DNA from: Sphingobacteriia bacterium
GTDB lineage: Bacteria > Bacteroidota > Bacteroidia > UBA7662
Assembly (NCBI GenBank): GCA_009927485.1
Contig: RFMW01000160.1
Span: 1 to 57,677, forward strand
DNA: 57,677 nt
Direction of reading: 5' to 3'
This document shows, piece after piece, positions 9,428 through 18,428 of this stretch. The position numbers and the translations under genes are program-made. The notes under the pieces were generated by a model, which did not search any database, was not told the origin of the DNA, and was given only the letters and a program-made list of their open reading frames with translations. Within the stretch, counting starts at the first letter, position 1, and the number at the start of each line of letters is the position of its first letter.

Positions 9428-10876
9428 TTAATCCAAAACATAGGTTTTGCCTTTGATGGGCAGGGTGACTTGGTAACCTTGGTCCTCCAGAGCATCCGCC
9501 AAGGCTTCCATGCGGTCCGGTTCCCCATGCACCAAAAAGACTCGGCGAAGGCGTGATGCGGGGGTTTGACTGACGAATCGCATCAGGCCGTTGTGATCCG
9601 CATGCCCGCTGAAAACATCGGTATAACATAATTTCGCTCGAACTTCCACCGTTCGCCCGTCCACGGTCAGGTATTTTTCTCCATCGGCGAGTTTGCGACC
9701 CAGACTGCCTTCGGCCATGTAACCGATGAACAAGATGGAGGCCCTGGAATTTTGCAATTGCTCTTTGAGATGGGTGTGGATTCGACCACCTTCGAGCATG
9801 CCCGATGCCGAAATCAGGATGGAAGGCCGGTAATCCCCAGCGATTTTGCGGCTCTGTCCGATGTTCTGAACAAAGCGTAGCCGCTCAAAGGAGAACACAT
9901 CGCCGTACATGCTGATCATGTTCAAAGCGTCTCTCCCCAACCAGTCCTCCATTTGTCTGTAAATTTCCGTGGACAAAATGGCCATGGGGGAATCCACATA
10001 GACGGGAACCTCTTGGGGTAATTTGCCGTCCTCGTAGAGCTGTTGCAGCACCAACAGAAAGGCCTGGGTTCTGCCCACGCTGAAGGCGGGTACAATCAGC
10101 CGGCCACCTTCTACCTCAAGGGCTTGCCGTATGAATTCTTCCACGACCACGGTGGGTTTCCTGCTTTCTTGGTGGTTGACCCCTCCGTAGGTGCTTTCGC
10201 AGACCAAATAATCCACTTCGGGCATGGGTTTGGGATCCGGCAATCCTGGATAATTGAACCGCCCCAGGTCCCCGCTGAAGCCAACGTGCAGCGTTTGATC
10301 GCCCTCTTTAATTTCAAAAACCACCGAAACGGCACCCAAGAGATGCGAACAGGGGTACAGGGTGAGGGCCAGGTTTTGGCGAATTCGGTAAGTCTTCCCG
10401 GGACGAAGGGGATGAAAAAGACGAAGGCAATGTTCGGCATCTTGCTCCAGTCGATGGGCCAATTTGCGAAAGGCTTGATCCCCTTTCTTACGCCCTTTGG
10501 CCCTGCCGTGTAGATCGTTGGCCAAGCGTTTGGCTTGAAGCATGGCACTGTCCTTCAGGAGGACGGCACTGAGTTCCATCGTGGGTTCGGTGCAGAGGAT
10601 ATCCCCCTTGTAGCCTTCTCGAACCAATTCCGGGAGCCTTCCGCAGTGATCCATGTGGGCATGGGTCAAGAAAACCAAATTGACGGAGGTAGGGTCAAAA
10701 CCCAGGCCGGTTTCTTGCCCTTTGGGGCCCATTTCAAGGCCGCAATCGACCAGAATTTTGAAGCCGTCGCTGAGCTCCAGCAAGTGCATGCTGCCGGTGA
10801 CTTGTTGAGCCGCCCCCCAGGAAGTTAGTGCAATGGGCATAGGCCGCAAACTTACCTGCGGGCTTCCATTGTCCAT
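9428..10876 (-). CDS. MBL-fold metallo-hydrolase with a beta-CASP / RNA-specificity domain
   Basis: 482 aa. Contains HAHMDHCGRLP (HxHxDH). The C-terminus has SGHADHNGL and VHGEP, typical of beta-CASP nucleases. Confidence 0.8.
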   Translation of the reverse strand: MDNGSPQVSLRPMPIALTSWGAAQQVTGSMHLLELSDGFKILVDCGLEMGPKGQETGLGFDPTSVNLVFLTHAHMDHCGRLPELVREGYKGDILCTEPTMELSAVLLKDSAMLQAKRLANDLHGRAKGRKKGDQAFRKLAHRLEQDAEHCLRLFHPLRPGKTYRIRQNLALTLYPCSHLLGAVSVVFEIKEGDQTLHVGFSGDLGRFNYPGLPDPKPMPEVDYLVCESTYGGVNHQESRKPTVVVEEFIRQALEVEGGRLIVPAFSVGRTQAFLLVLQQLYEDGKLPQEVPVYVDSPMAILSTEIYRQMEDWLGRDALNMISMYGDVFSFERLRFVQNIGQSRKIAGDYRPSILISASGMLEGGRIHTHLKEQLQNSRASILFIGYMAEGSLGRKLADGEKYLTVDGRTVEVRAKLCYTDVFSGHADHNGLMRFVSQTPASRLRRVFLVHGEPDRMEALADALEDQGYQVTLPIKGKTYVLD

Positions 10877-10893
10877 AATTCCCAGGGAGGGTT

Positions 10894-10902
10894 TGTGGAT
10901 AA
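10894..10902 (-). promoter_or_regulatory. Perfect DnaA box (TTATCCACA on the minus strand) upstream of the DUF3127 promoter
   Basis: The plus strand reads tgtggataa. The box is intergenic, 40 nt upstream of the -7 box at 10942. Confidence 0.45.
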
Positions 10903-10941
10903 AGACCTTAGGTAGGATTCGGTTTCCTTCCCGCAGAAGGC

Positions 10942-10949
10942 TAATTTTG
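10942..10949 (+). promoter_or_regulatory. Candidate sigma-A -7 box (TAATTTTG) for the DUF3127/exonuclease operon
   Basis: TAATTTTG lies 33 nt upstream of the ATG at 10983. There is no clean -33 TTG. Confidence 0.4.
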
Positions 10950-10982
10950 TTCCAAGCATCAATTCATTCAAAGCATCGCCAC

Positions 10983-11402
10983 ATGGAAATCACAGGCCAA
11001 ATCATTCAACTCTTGCCGGAAGTGACCGGAACAGGGCGCAGCGGCAACAGCTGGCGCAAACAAGAATTTATACTGGAAACCAGGGGGCAATACCCCCGCA
11101 AAGTCTGCATGAGTCTGTGGGGCGACAAAATCGACCAATTCTCCTTGCAAAGCGGTGCCGAAATCACCGCTTCGGTGGAAGTGGAGAGCAGGGAATACAA
11201 CGGCAGATGGTACACGGATGTCCGTGCCTGGAAGATTGCCGCAGCCCAAGCCGGCGTTGGTCCTGCAGGGTCTCCATCAGCCATGGGATCGCCCAATCCA
11301 TCCTCCTCGGCAGGTTCCTCTTACCCCAGCAGCTCCATGGGTTCCCCCTTGCCTGCTGAGCCGGATTATTCGGTGCAGGGTGGAGACGATATGCCATTCT
11401 GA
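10983..11402 (+). CDS. DUF3127 domain protein (OB-like) with a Ser/Pro/Gly-rich linker and an acidic ...GGDDMPF C-terminus
   Basis: 139 aa. MEITGQIIQLLPEVTGTGRSGNSWRKQEFILET...YPRKVCMSLWGDKIDQF...ESREYNGRWYTDVRAWKI matches my recollection of the DUF3127 family. The tail was read directly from the sequence. Confidence 0.8.
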   Translation: MEITGQIIQLLPEVTGTGRSGNSWRKQEFILETRGQYPRKVCMSLWGDKIDQFSLQSGAEITASVEVESREYNGRWYTDVRAWKIAAAQAGVGPAGSPSAMGSPNPSSSAGSSYPSSSMGSPLPAEPDYSVQGGDDMPF

Positions 11403-11413
11403 TTGCTCGCATT

Positions 11414-12037
11414 TTGTCGGCCAGGAGAGCGGGTAAGGAACAAGGGGCAAAGCCATTGGCCACGGAAGAATTTCGGGCCTTGCTTTCAACCCATCCCACC
11501 TTTGTGGTTTTGGATGTCGAAGCAACCGGTGGAAAATTCCCGCCTGAGCGAATGATGGAGTTGGGGATGGTTCGAATGCAGGCAGGTAAGGCTTGGACTA
11601 CCTGGGAATCTCTATTTAACCCGGATCGTGATATCCCCCCCTTTGTTGCAGACCTAACGGGAATTCGACAGAACATGGTGCAATCCGCGCCCAAATTTGC
11701 TCGTTGCGCCAAGGAGATCGATGCCTTTACCAAGGATGCCTGGCTTGTTGGGCATCCGGTGACCTTTGATTATCGGTATCTGCGCTACGAAATGGCTATG
11801 GCAGGCTTCGATTTCACCAGAAAATTGTTATGCACTCAACAATTAGCTCGGTATTTTCTTCCCGAACAACCCTCGTACTCCCTGGGCAAATTGTGCAGGG
11901 CCTTGGGTATCGAAACCCAGGGACGGCATCGGGCCTTGGGCGATGCTCAGCTTACCGCCCATCTCTTTGAACGAATACTGGATGCAGCCATGCGGCATGA
12001 CCTACCTTTGGGAGAGGACCGAACCCCTGAACAGTGA
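11414..12037 (+). CDS. DEDDh 3'-5' exonuclease (DnaQ/epsilon-like)
   Basis: Exo I VVLDVEATG, Exo II GHPVTFDYRYL and Exo III HRALGDAQLTAHLF. There is no ATG before Exo I. The start is a TTG at 11414 or an internal TTG at 11456 or 11480. Confidence 0.8.
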   Translation: MSARRAGKEQGAKPLATEEFRALLSTHPTFVVLDVEATGGKFPPERMMELGMVRMQAGKAWTTWESLFNPDRDIPPFVADLTGIRQNMVQSAPKFARCAKEIDAFTKDAWLVGHPVTFDYRYLRYEMAMAGFDFTRKLLCTQQLARYFLPEQPSYSLGKLCRALGIETQGRHRALGDAQLTAHLFERILDAAMRHDLPLGEDRTPEQ

Positions 12038-12079
12038 AGACCCCCTTGAGCCCCAATTTTCACCCAAAATTCTCCTAAG

Positions 12080-12607
12080 ATGAGGAAGCCTATCGTACTT
12101 CTTTCCTGCATTTTGCTCATCGGACTTGGGTCGGCCTGCGAAAGCAATACGTCAACCCCTGAACGAATTCCCCACGAAGAGGCAAGGGAATCGAATGCGG
12201 TTTCGATAGCGCAATTTTTATCCCAAGCGCCATCAGGGCAGTACCTCTTATCGGATTCGCGCAACGATGAGCCACTCCTGCATTTGGTCTTCGCGATGGA
12301 TTCCGGCAAAGTGTTGTCGGCCATGGTATCCGGATTCCCTGCCGGTTCTCCGTACAAGGAAAGTAGCCTTTGCAGCTTTTGTCCCTCCGATCATCCGGGT
12401 TATGGGAAGGCTTTGCGGGGCCTGCGTTTGCTCGAAGAATTACGTCCTGGCCGCAGGGGATGGATTGGGGGTCAGATGCTGGACCCTACCCTGGGGTACC
12501 GGTACCTCGCGGATTTGGAGCAGGGCAACGACGAGGATTTATCCATTGTGTTACGTATCGGATCGCAACGAAGAGTGCTCTGGTTGCGCAAAGTTCAGGC
12601 CCCATAA
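12080..12607 (+). CDS. Lipoprotein, DUF2147-like
   Basis: Lipobox LIGLGSAC. The C-terminal pattern CSFC...GWIGGQMLDPTLGYRY...RRVLWLRK resembles DUF2147 (CxxC, G.I.DP..G..Y, W.R). This was recognised by eye only. Confidence 0.5.
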   Translation: MRKPIVLLSCILLIGLGSACESNTSTPERIPHEEARESNAVSIAQFLSQAPSGQYLLSDSRNDEPLLHLVFAMDSGKVLSAMVSGFPAGSPYKESSLCSFCPSDHPGYGKALRGLRLLEELRPGRRGWIGGQMLDPTLGYRYLADLEQGNDEDLSIVLRIGSQRRVLWLRKVQAP

Positions 12608-12615
12608 CATCCGGC

Positions 12616-14232
12616 ATGAATCCTTCGATTGCACTGGCAATAAGGGGCTTAACCATCTCACTTCAGGGAGGACCGGCTTTGGTCCGCGATTTGGACCTGC
12701 AAGTAGGGCATGGGGAAGCGCTTGGGTTAGCGGGCGAGTCCGGTTCAGGTAAATCCTTGACAGCCCTCGCGATCATGGGTTTGTTGGACCCGAATCGCTT
12801 TGAGGTGAGCGGGCAAATGGAATGGACCCATCCCCATATGGCCGATACGATGTCGTTGTTGGATGCCTCTCCCAAAGCATGGCAAACCCTTCGCGGTCGT
12901 GCCTTGGCGATGATCTTTCAGGAGCCCTTGACAGCCTTGAATCCCGTCATGCGTTGCGGCGCTCAATTGGAGGAATGCTTCTCGCTCTACTATCCTACGT
13001 GGAGCCGTGAACAGCGCAGAACAGGGATGGAAAAGGCCTTGCATGAAGTACAGCTGGAGGATACGTCAAGAATATTGCAGGCTTATCCCCATGAGTTGAG
13101 TGGCGGACAACGACAGCGTTTGATGATTGCCATGGCCTTGAGCGGCAATCCCTCCTTGTTGATTGCCGATGAGCCTACCACGGCCCTGGATACCGAGGTT
13201 CAAGCGTCGTTGGTGGCCTTGCTTGGGCAACTGCGGCGTGATCGAGGTTTGACCCTCTTGTTCATTAGCCATGATTTGCCTTTGATGAGCAGTTTGGTGG
13301 ACCGCTGGGCCTTGATGCGCCAAGGCGACCTTCTGGAAACGGGGCCTGTCCACGCCTTGGCCAATGCCAAGGAATATCCTCAGATGGCCTCGTTGTTGGC
13401 GGCCAGACCCGATCCGGATCGTTTGCCTTTCCGTTCCACGGTGGAGGGCCCTCATGAACTCTTGAAAGTCACGGATTTGTCATGGACCCTGCCCAGTGGC
13501 CGTACAGTGGTCGATAACATTGCTTTTGATCTCGAAGCAGGAGGTTCTTTGGGCATTGTTGGCGCCTCGGGATCCGGCAAAAGCAGTCTGGCACGGATGA
13601 TCGCCGGCCTTACACCACCCACCCAAGGCCAGGTCTTTTTGAACGGTCAACCCCTCTGGGAACAAAGCCGTTTCCTAGGAAATTTGGAAACGCGTTTGGC
13701 AATTCAAATGGTGTTCCAAGATCCTTACAGCAGCCTGAATCCGGTTCATGATGTCGAACAAATGTTAGGAACAGCCCTGCAACGAAAATTCCCTTCGCTT
13801 TCCCTCAAGGAGCGTCGCGAACGGGCCTACCATTGGATTGCCAAAGTTGGCTTGGAGCCAACCCGGGCTGCTCAGCGACGCCCAGCTTCTTTCTCCGGGG
13901 GACAGAGGCAACGATTGGTTTTGGCCCGTGCCTTGTGTTTGCATCCTCAAATTCTGATTTGCGATGAATCGGTGGCCGCCTTGGATGGAACGGTTCAAGC
14001 TCAGATTTTGGAATTGCTCCTTGGCCTTCAGCAGGATTTGCTATTCGGGATGATTTTCATCACCCACGATCTATCCGTGGCAGGTACCTTATGCCATCGC
14101 CTGATGGTCATGGACCGGGGGCAGACTGTCGAAATTGCTTCCGCCCAAGAGGTCTTGCAAAGACCTCGGCACCCGTATACTCAACGCTTGATACAATCCA
14201 TACCCCGTGTCCAAATCTCCCAAGCGTCTTAG
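12616..14232 (+). CDS. ABC transporter ATP-binding protein with two fused NBDs (DppD/DppF, YejF-like)
   Basis: Two Walker A motifs (GESGSGKS, GASGSGKS), two LSGGQRQR signatures and a C-terminal HPYT motif. The start is at the ATG at 12616, after the upstream stop codon. Confidence 0.85.
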   Translation: MNPSIALAIRGLTISLQGGPALVRDLDLQVGHGEALGLAGESGSGKSLTALAIMGLLDPNRFEVSGQMEWTHPHMADTMSLLDASPKAWQTLRGRALAMIFQEPLTALNPVMRCGAQLEECFSLYYPTWSREQRRTGMEKALHEVQLEDTSRILQAYPHELSGGQRQRLMIAMALSGNPSLLIADEPTTALDTEVQASLVALLGQLRRDRGLTLLFISHDLPLMSSLVDRWALMRQGDLLETGPVHALANAKEYPQMASLLAARPDPDRLPFRSTVEGPHELLKVTDLSWTLPSGRTVVDNIAFDLEAGGSLGIVGASGSGKSSLARMIAGLTPPTQGQVFLNGQPLWEQSRFLGNLETRLAIQMVFQDPYSSLNPVHDVEQMLGTALQRKFPSLSLKERRERAYHWIAKVGLEPTRAAQRRPASFSGGQRQRLVLARALCLHPQILICDESVAALDGTVQAQILELLLGLQQDLLFGMIFITHDLSVAGTLCHRLMVMDRGQTVEIASAQEVLQRPRHPYTQRLIQSIPRVQISQAS

Positions 14233-16504
14233 CCTGCGCCAGCAAATTCACCAAGAATCGGATCGTATCCTGCGCTGGTTCCGCGGACGTGATGTATCGG
14301 ATACAGGTGGGGTTAGCAATCGCGATTTGGCGGTGGCTTTGGGGATCAGCGACCCTTTTGACTTGAATGTGATGGGACAAGCCCTCGACAAATTGGTGGC
14401 TCAGAAAATTCTCACCCGACATCAAGACCAAAGCCTGCGTCTGACCAACAAGGCGACTTCCGGAGCTGGCCATGCTCGTGGCCAAGACCAGGCGACCCGG
14501 CATGGAGAGGGTATCCTCGCGAGAATGGAATTTACCCACGGTGGGTTGGCCTTTGCAAGGGCTGTGGACAGCGATGCCGATTGGATGGTTTCGTTGGAAC
14601 ATGTACGAAGAGCCTTGCCCGGTGATCTGGTCCGCATCGTTCCCCTGAGTGCATTTCCATCCAGCAAAGGCAAAGGTCGGCGTCCGTCTTCATCGCGTTC
14701 AACGAGCCAAGGAAGGGACCGGGCCGCGGTTGTGGAGGTTGTGGAGCGGTACCGAACCCATTTTGTGGGGACGGTTCGCCGCAAAGGTCAACGTTATTTT
14801 CTGGAGCCGGATCTCAAGGGCTTTCAAGGGGGTTTGGAGCTTTTGCCACCTGCCCAACCTTTGGCAGGGCTGACCCGAGCATGGGATCAATCCGAGGGGC
14901 TCAAAGCCGTAGGGGCTTGGTTGGACTGGCCGGAATCTTCCCCTTGGCCCATGGTAGAACTGGCCGAATGGCTGGGCAGTCCCGGAGATCATTCGACTGA
15001 GATGGCCGCCATTGGGGTTGAATTTGGATTCTCTTTGCATTTTGGAGCGGAGGCCTTGCGTCAAGCCAGCCAACCTGGTCAATCCCTCGCCCCGGATGAC
15101 CTCCAAGGCAGAAGGGATTTTCGGGGTATTCCCACCATGACCATCGATCCCCAGGATGCCAAGGATTTCGATGATGCCTTGTCCATACGTCCCTTGGGGC
15201 AGGGTCGCTGGGAAGTTGGGGTTCATATTGCCGATGTTTCGTATTACGTGAGGCCTGGGACCGAGTTGGATAGGGAAGCGGCCTCCAGGGCAACTTCGGT
15301 GTACATGGTGCATCAAGTGTTACCGATGCTCCCCGAAAATTTATCCAACCTTGTATGTTCCCTGCGTCCCAACGAAGACAAACTGTGTTATTCTGCTGTT
15401 TTTGAGGTGGATGAAGAGGCGCGTATTCATTCGACCTGGATAGGTCGAACCTGCATTCGATCGCTTAGGCGCTTTTCGTACGAAGACGCCCAAACGGTGC
15501 TGGATACCGGCCAAGGGGATTGGGCCGAGGAATTGCAAGTGTTGAACCGGATGGCGATTGGCATGCGTCAGCGGCGTTTTGAAGCGGGCTCGATCGGCTT
15601 TGAAACCGAAGAAATCCGTTTTCATTTGGATACCCAAGGATTCCCCACCGAGGTCTGGGTCAAGGAGCGGAAACCCGCTCATATGTTGATTGAGGATTGG
15701 ATGCTGATGGCCAACCGTGCGGTGGCCGAACATTTGACCAAGGCCGTGAGTGAACGTCGATTGCCCGCTTCGGTTTACCGGGTCCACGATTTCCCCGATC
15801 CGGAGCGCTTGCGCAAATTAGCTGATTTTGCGGAATTCATGGGGTATACCTTGTCGGTCTCAAGCCGCAGTCAAATTGCCGCTTCCTTGAACCGTTTGAT
15901 TGAGGAATCTGAAGGTAAGCCCGAATCCGAAATCTTGCAACAAATGGCGATCCGTTCCATGGCCAAGGCCATTTACACAACCCGTAACATTGGGCATTAC
16001 GGCTTGGCCTTTTCGCATTACACCCATTTCACTTCACCCATTCGTCGTTACCCTGATTTGTTGGTGCATCGTTTGCTCGCCCATCTGGACGGCTCCATGA
16101 ACGGACCAACGCAGGTCTATACCGAGCCAGAACTGGAGCGCTTATGCAAATACGATAGCGAAAAGGAAAGGGCCGCTGCCATGGCGGAGAGGGCCGCCAC
16201 CCGCTTCAAACAGCTTCAAATGCTTCAGGGCAAAGAAGACCAAATTTGGGAGGGCATGATTACGTCGATCGGGGAGCAAGGGGTATGGGTGACCTTGGAT
16301 TATAACCGCTGCGACGGTCTGCTGCCGTTATCCTCCCTGGATCACGATCGCTTTTATTACGATGCAGAGGAAATGGCCTTGGTGGGTTCCACGCGAAACA
16401 GCCGTTTGGCTCCAGGACAAAGGTTGCAGGTCCGCATTGCTCGTTTGGATCTTCGCTTTAGACGATTGGAATTTCGATACCACCTTTCCGATGTGCAACG
16501 TTGA
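14207..16504 (+). CDS. rnr: Ribonuclease R
   Basis: 765 aa with a GTG start. Has an RNB catalytic domain (IDPQDAKDFDDALS, HYGLAFSHYTHFTSPIRRYPDLLVHR) and a C-terminal S1 domain. It overlaps the upstream ABC gene by 26 nt. Confidence 0.9.
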   Translation: MSKSPKRLSLRQQIHQESDRILRWFRGRDVSDTGGVSNRDLAVALGISDPFDLNVMGQALDKLVAQKILTRHQDQSLRLTNKATSGAGHARGQDQATRHGEGILARMEFTHGGLAFARAVDSDADWMVSLEHVRRALPGDLVRIVPLSAFPSSKGKGRRPSSSRSTSQGRDRAAVVEVVERYRTHFVGTVRRKGQRYFLEPDLKGFQGGLELLPPAQPLAGLTRAWDQSEGLKAVGAWLDWPESSPWPMVELAEWLGSPGDHSTEMAAIGVEFGFSLHFGAEALRQASQPGQSLAPDDLQGRRDFRGIPTMTIDPQDAKDFDDALSIRPLGQGRWEVGVHIADVSYYVRPGTELDREAASRATSVYMVHQVLPMLPENLSNLVCSLRPNEDKLCYSAVFEVDEEARIHSTWIGRTCIRSLRRFSYEDAQTVLDTGQGDWAEELQVLNRMAIGMRQRRFEAGSIGFETEEIRFHLDTQGFPTEVWVKERKPAHMLIEDWMLMANRAVAEHLTKAVSERRLPASVYRVHDFPDPERLRKLADFAEFMGYTLSVSSRSQIAASLNRLIEESEGKPESEILQQMAIRSMAKAIYTTRNIGHYGLAFSHYTHFTSPIRRYPDLLVHRLLAHLDGSMNGPTQVYTEPELERLCKYDSEKERAAAMAERAATRFKQLQMLQGKEDQIWEGMITSIGEQGVWVTLDYNRCDGLLPLSSLDHDRFYYDAEEMALVGSTRNSRLAPGQRLQVRIARLDLRFRRLEFRYHLSDVQR

Positions 16505-16531
16505 ACTTGGGTTAACCCTTACTTTTATCCA

Positions 16532-17587
16532 ATGGCAAACCCCGCAACACCATCTTTCGCAAATGCTTTGAATCGTTACCGCGCATTGGTGGACCAAGGG
16601 CTGAAGGAGCTGGATTGGTCCACGGCCCAACCTGCCGGACTCTATGCCCCTATGGATTATTTCATGGGCTTGGGAGGCAAAAGACTGCGCCCCGCTCTTT
16701 GTTTGATGGCATGCGAAATGGCCGGGGGGGATGCTGAATCGGCCTTGCCCCAGGCTTTGGCCTTGGAATTGTTTCACAATTTCACCTTGCTCCATGATGA
16801 TGTCATGGATGAATCCCCGCTACGAAGAGGGCAGCCTACCGTACACTTGCGCTACGGTTTGAACGCGGCCATACTCTCCGGCGATGCACTCCTTATCGAA
16901 GCCTACAGTTTGATGGTGCAAGCCAAAGCGGAACGATTGCAGGACTTGGTCAAGGAGTTCAACCGGGTCGCCTTGCAGGTCTGTCAAGGACAGCAAATGG
17001 ACATGGATTTCCAAAACAGGGAAGAGGTGAGCCTCAGCGAGTACCGGGAAATGATCGGGCTCAAAACGGCGGTGCTCTTGGGTTCATCCCTCAAAATTGG
17101 AGCGATCATGGGCGGTGCGAAGATGACGGATGCGCAAGCCATGTTTCGGGTAGGCTATCTCACCGGATTAGCTTTTCAGGTCCAGGATGATTGGCTGGAC
17201 GTGTACGGTGATCCGGATCGTTTCGGCAAACAAATCGCAGGAGACATCAAAGCCTGCAAACACAATTTCTTGAGGGTGACCGCCATGCAAGAAGCCACCC
17301 ATGAACAGATGGAACACTTGAACTCGACCTTTGCAAAGTTGCGAGCTTATCTTGATCAAGAAAAGAACCAAGGGGATATCCGGGTGCAGGACGCGCAACG
17401 CCAGGAATGGGTGGACGATACGATAGGATGTTACAACGCAATTGGATTAAAGCAGAAAGTTCAGCAATACAAAGCGGGGCTGATCCAAGATGCACGCTAT
17501 GCCTTGTCTCGGACCAGCCTTAACGACGCCCCATTGGCCTCGGACCTGATGGATTATGCTGAATATTTGGCCAACCGATTGGAATAA
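16532..17587 (+). CDS. Polyprenyl (isoprenyl) diphosphate synthase
   Basis: 351 aa. First DDxxD motif in LLHDDVMDESPLRRG, second in FQVQDDWLD. Confidence 0.85.
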   Translation: MANPATPSFANALNRYRALVDQGLKELDWSTAQPAGLYAPMDYFMGLGGKRLRPALCLMACEMAGGDAESALPQALALELFHNFTLLHDDVMDESPLRRGQPTVHLRYGLNAAILSGDALLIEAYSLMVQAKAERLQDLVKEFNRVALQVCQGQQMDMDFQNREEVSLSEYREMIGLKTAVLLGSSLKIGAIMGGAKMTDAQAMFRVGYLTGLAFQVQDDWLDVYGDPDRFGKQIAGDIKACKHNFLRVTAMQEATHEQMEHLNSTFAKLRAYLDQEKNQGDIRVQDAQRQEWVDDTIGCYNAIGLKQKVQQYKAGLIQDARYALSRTSLNDAPLASDLMDYAEYLANRLE

Positions 17588-17590
17588 ATC

Positions 17591-17608
17591 AAGTCGGTAA
17601 ACCGACTT
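17591..17608. terminator. Hairpin between the convergent polyprenyl synthase gene and the suf operon
   Basis: aagtcgg (17591-17597) pairs with ccgactt (17602-17608) across a 4-nt loop. There is no U-tract. Confidence 0.35.
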
Positions 17609-17616
17609 ACAATTCC

Positions 17617-18423
17617 TTACAAGAATCCCAATTCCAGTTTGGCCTCTTCGCTCATCAAATCTTGAGACCAAGGGGGATCAAAGGTGAGTTCCACTTTGAC
17701 CTCGTTCACCCCATGAACACCGCGGATTTTATCTTCCACTTCCCCCGGCAATGTTCCGGCGACCGGGCAGGATGGAGAGGTTAAGGTCATGGTGACCAGG
17801 ACTTTGCCTCCTTGTTGTACTTCAATATTGTAGATGAGTCCCAGGTCGTAGATGTTCACCGGAATCTCGGGGTCGTAGATGGTCTTGATGATGTTCAATA
17901 CCGAATCTTGGATCTCTACAAAGGTGGGGTTCTTGGTGTTATCCTTATCAGAAGGCTCTGGAGTAGGAAGATCTCGAGGTGCCGGTTTACCAAGGTTTTC
18001 TTGAACCGGACGGTACAAGAGCGCGAGCTGGCGGATACGGTCCAACATCCCCGCCAAGCCGTTGGCACGGTTCGGGGACAAATGGTGTTGAAGTCCGGTG
18101 CGTTCGTGAAGATCGAAGCGTGTTTCCAGGATGGCTTCCGGGCTTTGATGCTGAAACACCTTGAGCAGAAGGGTCATGATTCCCTTGACCAACAAGGCAT
18201 CCGAGTCGGCCGCGAATTCCATATGACCCTCCGCGTTACACGTTGCTCTAAGCCATACCTTGGATTGACATCCTTTGATGAGGAGGGAATCATTCTTGAA
18301 GGCCTCCGGCAGCGGTGGGCATTCTTTGGCCAATTCCAATAAGTATTGGTAACGATCTTCCCAATTTTCGAGAAGTTCAAAGTCCAAGGCCAGGTTATCC
18401 TGGATTTGTGCGGGTGTTTCCAT
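17617..18423 (-). CDS. sufE: SufE - DUF59 (SufT/PaaD-like) fusion protein
   Basis: The N-terminus is SufE-like (LIKGCQSKVWL). The C-terminus is DUF59-like (IYDPEIPVNIYDLGLIYNIEV...TLTSPSCPVAGTLP). The ATG at 18423 is preferred over the TTG at 18432. Confidence 0.8.
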   Translation of the reverse strand: METPAQIQDNLALDFELLENWEDRYQYLLELAKECPPLPEAFKNDSLLIKGCQSKVWLRATCNAEGHMEFAADSDALLVKGIMTLLLKVFQHQSPEAILETRFDLHERTGLQHHLSPNRANGLAGMLDRIRQLALLYRPVQENLGKPAPRDLPTPEPSDKDNTKNPTFVEIQDSVLNIIKTIYDPEIPVNIYDLGLIYNIEVQQGGKVLVTMTLTSPSCPVAGTLPGEVEDKIRGVHGVNEVKVELTFDPPWSQDLMSEEAKLELGFL

Positions 18424-18428
18424 AGCGG

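Noticed and set aside
12370-12615. Upstream extensions of ORF-track entries: 12370 for the ABC ATPase, 41785 for plsC, 9369-9629 for SCO1, 23162-23251 for sufB, 26947 for fbaB, 10833 for DUF3127 and 56089 for the CoA-binding protein.
   Set aside because: The extensions overlap neighbouring genes, terminators or candidate promoters and add non-homologous residues. Internal starts give canonical N-termini or signal peptides.
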